Source: Cyclobacteriaceae bacterium
GTDB taxonomy: Bacteria; Bacteroidota; Bacteroidia; Cytophagales; Cyclobacteriaceae
Length of the DNA: 64,000 bases
Reading direction: 5' to 3'
Assembly (NCBI GenBank): GCA_029858965.1
Contig: JAOUDZ010000008.1
Location: 19,971-83,970, forward strand
Shown here: piece by piece, positions 58,315 to 64,000 of the stretch
Layout: each line of letters opens with the position of its first letter
How positions within the stretch are numbered: position 1 is the first letter of the stretch
The notes under the pieces: generated by a model
Told to the model about the DNA's origin: nothing
Databases searched by the model: none
What the model saw: only the letters and a program-made list of their open reading frames with translations
Translations under genes and position numbers: made by a program

Positions 58315-59592
58315 ATGAGAGCGGTCACTGCAGAACTATTGACAATAGGAGACGAAATTCTTTACGGTCAAATCATAGATACAAATTCGCAATGGATGGG
58401 CGTCAACCTGAGTGATGCCGGGATCAGGGTAATCCGGAAAACCGCCGTTGGCGATGTAGAGGAAGATATTCTGAATGCTTTTTCAGAGGCGGAGAGTCGG
58501 GCGGATATTGTGCTCATCACGGGTGGGCTTGGCCCCACAAACGACGACCTTACAAAACCATGTTTGGTAAAATACTTCAATTGCGCTTTAAAAATTAACG
58601 AAGAAGCATTATCTGAAGTAACTGCATTTTTCAAAAGCCGCGGAAGGGAATTGACGGAAATAAACCGACAACAAGCTGCATTGCCAACGTGCTGTGAGAA
58701 AATCACCAATGCAGTCGGCACCGCTCCGGGTATGTGGTTCCATCGCCATGGAAAGGTCTTTGTGTCTATGCCTGGCGTACCGCACGAAATGAAGCGCATG
58801 ATGAGTGACCTGGTTCTGCCTAAACTGAAGGCAACATTCAATACGCCTGTGATCCATCATAAAGTGATCAGGACCATAGGTATCGGTGAATCCTTTTTAG
58901 CGGACAAGATTGCAGATTGGGAGCGTTCGTTGCCCGGGCATATCAAGTTGGCGTATTTACCCAGCCTGGGTGAGGTGAAATTAAGGTTAACGGCACACGG
59001 AGATTCAAAGGAAATACTCGAAGTCGAAACAAATGATCAGGTAATAAAACTTGAGTCAATTGTTGGCGAATATATTTATGGACACGGTAATGGACCAATG
59101 GAAGTTGTCATTGGAAAAACCCTTCTCGAAAAAAATCTTACCCTTTCGATAGCAGAAAGCTGTACTGGAGGATACCTTTCTCATCTGATTACCAGCGTAC
59201 CCGGAAGCTCTGGATATTTTATGGGAAGCATTATTCCCTATGCCAATGAAATGAAGGTGCGGCAACTGGGTGTCAGACCCGAAATATTGGATCAATTTGG
59301 CGCAGTCAGCAAAGAGACAATTATCGAAATGGCCAATCTGGTGCGCTCCAAATTCAATACTGATATTGGCGTCGCCACCAGTGGAATTGCCGGGCCGGGA
59401 GGCGCAACACTGGAAAAACCTGTCGGCACCGTTTGGATTGCATACGCCGATAGGCATCAAACTGTAACGAAGAAACTTCAACTTTCAACCGATCGGTCGA
59501 TCAATATTAAATTGGCTTCCATTTCCGCATTGAATTTGATACGGTTGAGTTTACCAAAGGATGCGGTGTTGACCTCTTCAAGCATGGCCTGA
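58315..59592 (+). CDS. cinA: Competence/damage-inducible protein A (MoeA-like domain + NMN deamidase)
   Basis: IGDEILYGQIIDTN, TGGLGPTNDDLT, GTAPG, PGVPHEM, AESCTGG, SGIAGPGG. Confidence 0.95.
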   Translation: MRAVTAELLTIGDEILYGQIIDTNSQWMGVNLSDAGIRVIRKTAVGDVEEDILNAFSEAESRADIVLITGGLGPTNDDLTKPCLVKYFNCALKINEEALSEVTAFFKSRGRELTEINRQQAALPTCCEKITNAVGTAPGMWFHRHGKVFVSMPGVPHEMKRMMSDLVLPKLKATFNTPVIHHKVIRTIGIGESFLADKIADWERSLPGHIKLAYLPSLGEVKLRLTAHGDSKEILEVETNDQVIKLESIVGEYIYGHGNGPMEVVIGKTLLEKNLTLSIAESCTGGYLSHLITSVPGSSGYFMGSIIPYANEMKVRQLGVRPEILDQFGAVSKETIIEMANLVRSKFNTDIGVATSGIAGPGGATLEKPVGTVWIAYADRHQTVTKKLQLSTDRSINIKLASISALNLIRLSLPKDAVLTSSSMA

Positions 59593-59822
59593 TTGAAATA
59601 TCCTCACTGCAAAGCGATTGAACTCAATGGCAAAGCACACGTCGAGCACAATTAAAATCCCCTGTAGACAAATTGCCCGGGCCAAAGTAAATTAAACATT
59701 GGGCAATTGTATCATCTGGGTTCAGCGGCCTATTCTGACATCATGGGCCTGTATTTCTTGCCTTTCCAACGTTAGCGTAACGCATTAAAAATATTACCTT
59801 TACATGTTGAAAATAATTTCGC

Positions 59823-61133
59823 ATGGCGCTAGTTGAAGTAATCATGCCCAAAATGGGCGAAAGCATCGTTGAAGCTACTATTTTATCATGGCTGAAAAAG
59901 CCAGGAGATAAAATTGAGCTCGAAGAGTCTTTGTTGGAAGTTGCTACGGACAAAGTTGACACAGAGATACCTTCTCCGCATGCCGGCGTGTTAAAAGAAA
60001 TTTTAGCCAAAGATGGTGAACTCATAAAAGTTGGCGCACCCATCGCCATACTTGAAGCGGAGGCTGAAGCTGTAATATTACCGTCAGAACCTGACGCGAA
60101 ATCAAAATCAGGCAATGACAACTTGACCACTCATGAAAAAGACAAGACAATTAACCAGACAAACGGACAAGATCTTGCGGTCATGGATTTCAAGTCAACT
60201 TCCAAGTTCTATTCCCCACTGGTAAAAAACATTGCGAAGGAAGAGCGTATTACAGTAGCTGAACTAGAAACTATTACAGGCTCTGGCGCCGAAGGACGTG
60301 TTACCAAAAAAGACATTCTACAATTTGTCACAGATCGGAACCAGGGATCAACAATCCAGGCTGACCAGCCCGCGAAAAGATCAGCGGGTTCCGTAACTCC
60401 CCTGGTTTCAGCCTCCATTCAGGCAGGTGATGAGATCATTCAAATGGATCGGATGCGGAAAATGATCGCCGAACGGATGGTTGATTCAAAACGCATTGCT
60501 CCTCACGTAACTTCTTTTGTTGAGGCCGACGTCAGTAATATAGTGTCCTGGAGAAACAAAGTGAAGAACGAATTCCAGAAACGTGAAGGTGATGCGCTGA
60601 CATTTACGCCCATCTTTGTTGAAGCCGTCGCCTTATCAATCAGGGACTACCCAATGGTAAATATCCAGGTAGACGGTGATAAGATTATCAGGAAAAAAGA
60701 TATCAATATTGGCATCGCTGTCGCGCTGCCAAGTGGCAACCTTATCGTTCCCGTTATCCGGAATGCTGATCAGCTAAACATTGGCGGACTTGCCAAAATG
60801 GTGAACGACCTGGTAAAACGGGCGCGCAATAACAAACTCAAACCTGATGACCTGGCGGGGGGAACTTTTACCATCTCCAACGTTGGTACTTTCGGCAATG
60901 TTATGGGGACGCCGATTATTATGCAACCACAGGTAGGTATTATTGCCATCGGCGCCATTCAGAAGAAACCATCTGTTATTGAAACTCCCCAGGGTGATGC
61001 GATTGCTATCCGCCATAAAATGTTCCTCTCCCACTCGTATGATCATCGCGTTGTTGATGGCGCATTGGGTGGTAGCTTGATCCGAAGAGTTGCGGATTAT
61101 CTGGAGAAGTTTGATGTGAGCAGGGGAATTTAG
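59823..61133 (+). CDS. 2-oxoacid dehydrogenase E2 (dihydrolipoamide acyltransferase; branched-chain type likely)
   Basis: Lipoyl motif VATDKVDTEIP, E3-binding GSGAEGRVTKKDI, catalytic DHRVVDG. Confidence 0.92.
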   Translation: MALVEVIMPKMGESIVEATILSWLKKPGDKIELEESLLEVATDKVDTEIPSPHAGVLKEILAKDGELIKVGAPIAILEAEAEAVILPSEPDAKSKSGNDNLTTHEKDKTINQTNGQDLAVMDFKSTSKFYSPLVKNIAKEERITVAELETITGSGAEGRVTKKDILQFVTDRNQGSTIQADQPAKRSAGSVTPLVSASIQAGDEIIQMDRMRKMIAERMVDSKRIAPHVTSFVEADVSNIVSWRNKVKNEFQKREGDALTFTPIFVEAVALSIRDYPMVNIQVDGDKIIRKKDINIGIAVALPSGNLIVPVIRNADQLNIGGLAKMVNDLVKRARNNKLKPDDLAGGTFTISNVGTFGNVMGTPIIMQPQVGIIAIGAIQKKPSVIETPQGDAIAIRHKMFLSHSYDHRVVDGALGGSLIRRVADYLEKFDVSRGI

Positions 61134-61282
61134 TATTGCTTTCGATAACTTCTTAAAACCGCGGGTTTTTCTATTCTTGCGGATGTCACGGATTATGTCA
61201 TTCAGCTGACCCCTTAAAACAACCAGCAAAATCAAGTAATGAAAAAATAGAGGCAATACGAAAGTTTCGGAATTCCCGACAA

Positions 61283-62746
61283 CTATTTGAAAATCTTATC
61301 CAAAATTTTAGCTGAATTCAGACACATCGGAATGCCCGCACCCGGGTGAACGCTTCCGCCCACAAAATAAAGCCCTTTAACCTGTCTGCTGAAATTCGGA
61401 TGTCTCAAAAAGGCGGACATTTTGCTATTCGAACTATTGCCAAATACTGCTCCAAACGCGCTCCAATAACGCGTACGGACATCCGGTGGCGTCATAATTT
61501 CCTCTGTAAGAATTCTTCCATCGAGTGAAATTGAAAGCATTCGATTAATTTTGGCTAGCACATTCTTTCGCGTGCGCTTTACGATCTCTTCCCAGTCCTG
61601 CCCCTGTTCGTTGGGCGCCGTGACGAGTATGAACCAATTTTCGCAGCCTTCCGGCGCATCCCCGGGTACTTGCTTTGAAGTTATGCAAATGTATACGGAA
61701 GGGTCATCACAAATTGTATTGCCGCTGAAAACTGCGTCATATTCTTCCCGCTCATTTTTCGCAAAGAGCATATTGTGCATACCCAACTGAGGATGTACAC
61801 CCTGTACACCCCAATAAAAGCTTATGATGGAACTGGATTTTGGCTGATTTAACAGTCTTTTGGGTTTCTTAACACCGGGCAAAAGTTTATCGTATGTATA
61901 GTACACATCCATATTGCTTACTATCCGGTCATAGTTAATTTCTCTTCCTTTCACACGTACGCCAATGGCATTCTTATCCTTCATCAGAATTTCTTCAACA
62001 AACGAATTGAAGTGAAAAGTCACACCCATATCTTCAGCCAACTTCACCAAGGCTTTTACAATGGCATACATACCGTGCTCGGCTACATACGTCCCGTTTT
62101 TTACAACCAGATGTGGAATTAAGTTCAGCGTTGCAGGGGCGACCAGTGGGTTTGACCCAACATAAAGTGCGTATTTATTAAATAATTGGAGTAACCGTGG
62201 GTCGCGGAAGAATTTTCTGTTCCCCTCCTCCATCGTTTTAAATGCGTCGATCTTATTGAAATTGGCGAGACCAACTGCTACCCGTCTGGTGAAATAGTTC
62301 CGCACCAGATGAAGCGAATTCTCAATGAAGACTTCATTTATCAGGTTGTATTTATCTTCAACATCCCGCAAGAACCTGTAAAAATCGTCTTTAGAATCAA
62401 TAGTTTTTTCTTCTACCTCTTGGGCAAACCGCTCAACATCAGAATACAGATGGATACACGTTCTGTCTTCAAAGAAATATTTGAAGGCCGTATCAAGGCG
62501 AGAATACTGAAAGTAATCGCGGGGGTTTTTTCCGGACAAGGTAAACAATTCATCAATCAGGTGCGGCATGGTGAACACAGATGGGCCTGTATCAAAACGA
62601 AACCCGCCTGAATAGCTCTCCCGAAGTTTGCCCCCTGGATAAGTATTCGTTTCAAATACATCGACCTTTAGTCCCTTTGCAGCCAACCGGATGGCTGCGG
62701 CTAACCCTCCAATACCAGAGCCAATAACTGCACACGTTTTCAACAT
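61283..62746 (-). CDS. crtD: Carotenoid desaturase, 1-hydroxycarotenoid 3,4-desaturase-like
   Basis: IGSGIGG, YPGGKL, FRFDTGPSVFTMP, FLRHPNFS, GGSVHPGAGIPMCL; the FLRHPNFS tail fits Bacteroidota CrtD better than CrtI. Confidence 0.72.
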   Translation of the reverse strand: MLKTCAVIGSGIGGLAAAIRLAAKGLKVDVFETNTYPGGKLRESYSGGFRFDTGPSVFTMPHLIDELFTLSGKNPRDYFQYSRLDTAFKYFFEDRTCIHLYSDVERFAQEVEEKTIDSKDDFYRFLRDVEDKYNLINEVFIENSLHLVRNYFTRRVAVGLANFNKIDAFKTMEEGNRKFFRDPRLLQLFNKYALYVGSNPLVAPATLNLIPHLVVKNGTYVAEHGMYAIVKALVKLAEDMGVTFHFNSFVEEILMKDKNAIGVRVKGREINYDRIVSNMDVYYTYDKLLPGVKKPKRLLNQPKSSSIISFYWGVQGVHPQLGMHNMLFAKNEREEYDAVFSGNTICDDPSVYICITSKQVPGDAPEGCENWFILVTAPNEQGQDWEEIVKRTRKNVLAKINRMLSISLDGRILTEEIMTPPDVRTRYWSAFGAVFGNSSNSKMSAFLRHPNFSRQVKGLYFVGGSVHPGAGIPMCLNSAKILDKIFK

Positions 62747-62935
62747 TACAAACTTATTTCGCGAGCGCTAAGCATTAAAACTTACAGTGTTTTGAATTCG
62801 CCTCACCTTACCAAGTGCATAAATAAAGCACTAAAGAATAGTGATACCAAATTCAAACTGACTTTATCTCGCAATCACATCTACATTCCTTATTATTACT
62901 TTATTTTGACGACCTTAAATCCCGATTTATCCTAT

Positions 62936-63193
62936 ATGAATATACCGGAGAAAGCCGATATCAACCAAGCACTGCTGGCATTTTTGAAGACCACTATCGT
63001 GGAAAAGGATGTTGAAATATTGGCCCAAACACCCTTTAGGCAACTGGGTGTCGACTCGCTATCCATCATTGAACTGGTGCTCTTTATAGAACGGAGGTTT
63101 CAGGTGGTAATACCGGAAGATGAATTGACACCCGAAAACCTTAATTCTGTGGAATCTCTAACAGCTTGCACAGTTAGACACCTCCCGAAATGA
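62936..63193 (+). CDS. Stand-alone acyl/aminoacyl carrier protein
   Basis: GVDSLSIIELV phosphopantetheine Ser motif and ELTPENLNSV tail; ATG 62936 preferred over 62792. Confidence 0.88.
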   Translation: MNIPEKADINQALLAFLKTTIVEKDVEILAQTPFRQLGVDSLSIIELVLFIERRFQVVIPEDELTPENLNSVESLTACTVRHLPK

Positions 63194-64000
63194 CAGCCCA
63201 AAACGAAAAAGTATACCTGACGGAAGGCGACTGTTTTATGCTGGCGCTTGAAAAAAAGCATATGCATCAAACCGGCATCTCCAATAATACATGCCGGTAT
63301 TTGCTCACTGTTGACGGATATATAGCGCATGAGGAATTCCGGAAGAAGATCAACAACAACCATGACCTTACCTGGCTGGCTTCTTTGGTTCCGGAAAAAA
63401 GATTTCCCCTTTCGCTGCCACGATGGAAGGTATCGGCCCAAACCGCCGTTGTGCCGGTATGGATACATGAAAGCGAAGAATTTTTGCCCGCTGCCATCGT
63501 AGCGCGGAAGATTTCAATCGATGCCCCTCCCAGCCTCACGTTCGACATCATCTATCGGTCAAATGGTGACTCCACTTTGTTATTTTCCTGGCATCATTTA
63601 CTCATGGACGGGCATGGTGCCATCCTTCTACTTAAGCAAATCGCAAAAGACATCGCCACCACATCACCCTATTTGTACGATCACGACAAACGCGCCCTTC
63701 TTGGATTGCGATCTTTCTGGCAAGCTGCTCGCGCTAAATTTTTTGTCGACCGGGTGTCAAAAAAACCGCTCAGCGGAATCATGGATCTCAACAGAAAGAT
63801 CAACAAAACCCAAAAGATAAAGATTCTGAATTTCAGCAAAGACGAAACCATAAAAATGGATGAAATAGCACCCCGATTGGGTGCACAATTTGGAAGAAGT
63901 CCCTTTTACCTGGCCTGTGCAGCACGAACCGTCTGCGCTATACTAAAAAAAAGAGATATCAAGGTCCATGATTTCTGGATCCCTGTGCCCCGTAACCAAC
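63190..64000 (+). CDS. Condensation-domain/CoA-dependent acyltransferase-like protein, partial (continues past the window)
   Basis: Hand translation from ATG 63190 gives 270 stop-free codons to the edge; WHHLLMDGHG with HHxxxDG at 63592-63612; ATGA overlap with the carrier protein stop. Absent from the ORF track because there is no stop codon in the window. Confidence 0.8.
   Translation, partial: MTAQNEKVYLTEGDCFMLALEKKHMHQTGISNNTCRYLLTVDGYIAHEEFRKKINNNHDLTWLASLVPEKRFPLSLPRWKVSAQTAVVPVWIHESEEFLPAAIVARKISIDAPPSLTFDIIYRSNGDSTLLFSWHHLLMDGHGAILLLKQIAKDIATTSPYLYDHDKRALLGLRSFWQAARAKFFVDRVSKKPLSGIMDLNRKINKTQKIKILNFSKDETIKMDEIAPRLGAQFGRSPFYLACAARTVCAILKKRDIKVHDFWIPVPRNQ

Noticed and set aside
59671-59708. 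8-bp inverted repeat AATTGCCC/GGGCAATT after cinA as a terminator
   Set aside because: 22-nt loop and no U-tract; insufficient support.
1522-63193. Linking the two carrier proteins at opposite ends of the window into one cluster
   Set aside because: They are about 61 kb apart, separated by unrelated genes, and belong to visibly different carrier subtypes.
1-64000. CRISPR array, integrase, transposase or prophage genes
   Set aside because: No regularly spaced direct repeats and no recombinase, DDE or phage motifs were seen by eye in any ORF.

Overview
A gene-dense chromosomal segment of about 45 CDS and one tRNA from a Bacteroidota genome, most likely Cytophagales. The lineage call rests on a type IX secretion C-terminal domain, TAnnTTTG promoter boxes and a flexirubin-type fatty-acid/PKS module. 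In order: (1) the tail of a flexirubin/aryl-polyene-type cluster (ABC exporter, ACP, KS, KS-like partner); (2) a 1599-aa hypothetical envelope protein; (3) a glycoside-oxidation/sulfatase neighbourhood; (4) a coupled soxC-soxD-sulfatase operon; (5) an amino-sugar catabolic run (three TAT enzymes including GH109, a CE15-like double hydrolase, nagB, MFS, nagA, tandem SGNH) with no SusC/SusD; (6) a DUF1549/DUF1553 cytochrome c plus DUF1501 pair; (7) a T9SS beta-helix/Ig-repeat protein; (8) a kinase-M23-aminotransferase fusion beside a sialidase; (9) tRNA-Arg(CCT) and housekeeping genes; (10) crtD, divergent from a carrier protein plus an HHxxxDG condensation-like gene that runs off the window and is missing from the ORF track. 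I saw no CRISPR array, integrase or transposase. All family calls come from motif recognition by eye; no database search was run.
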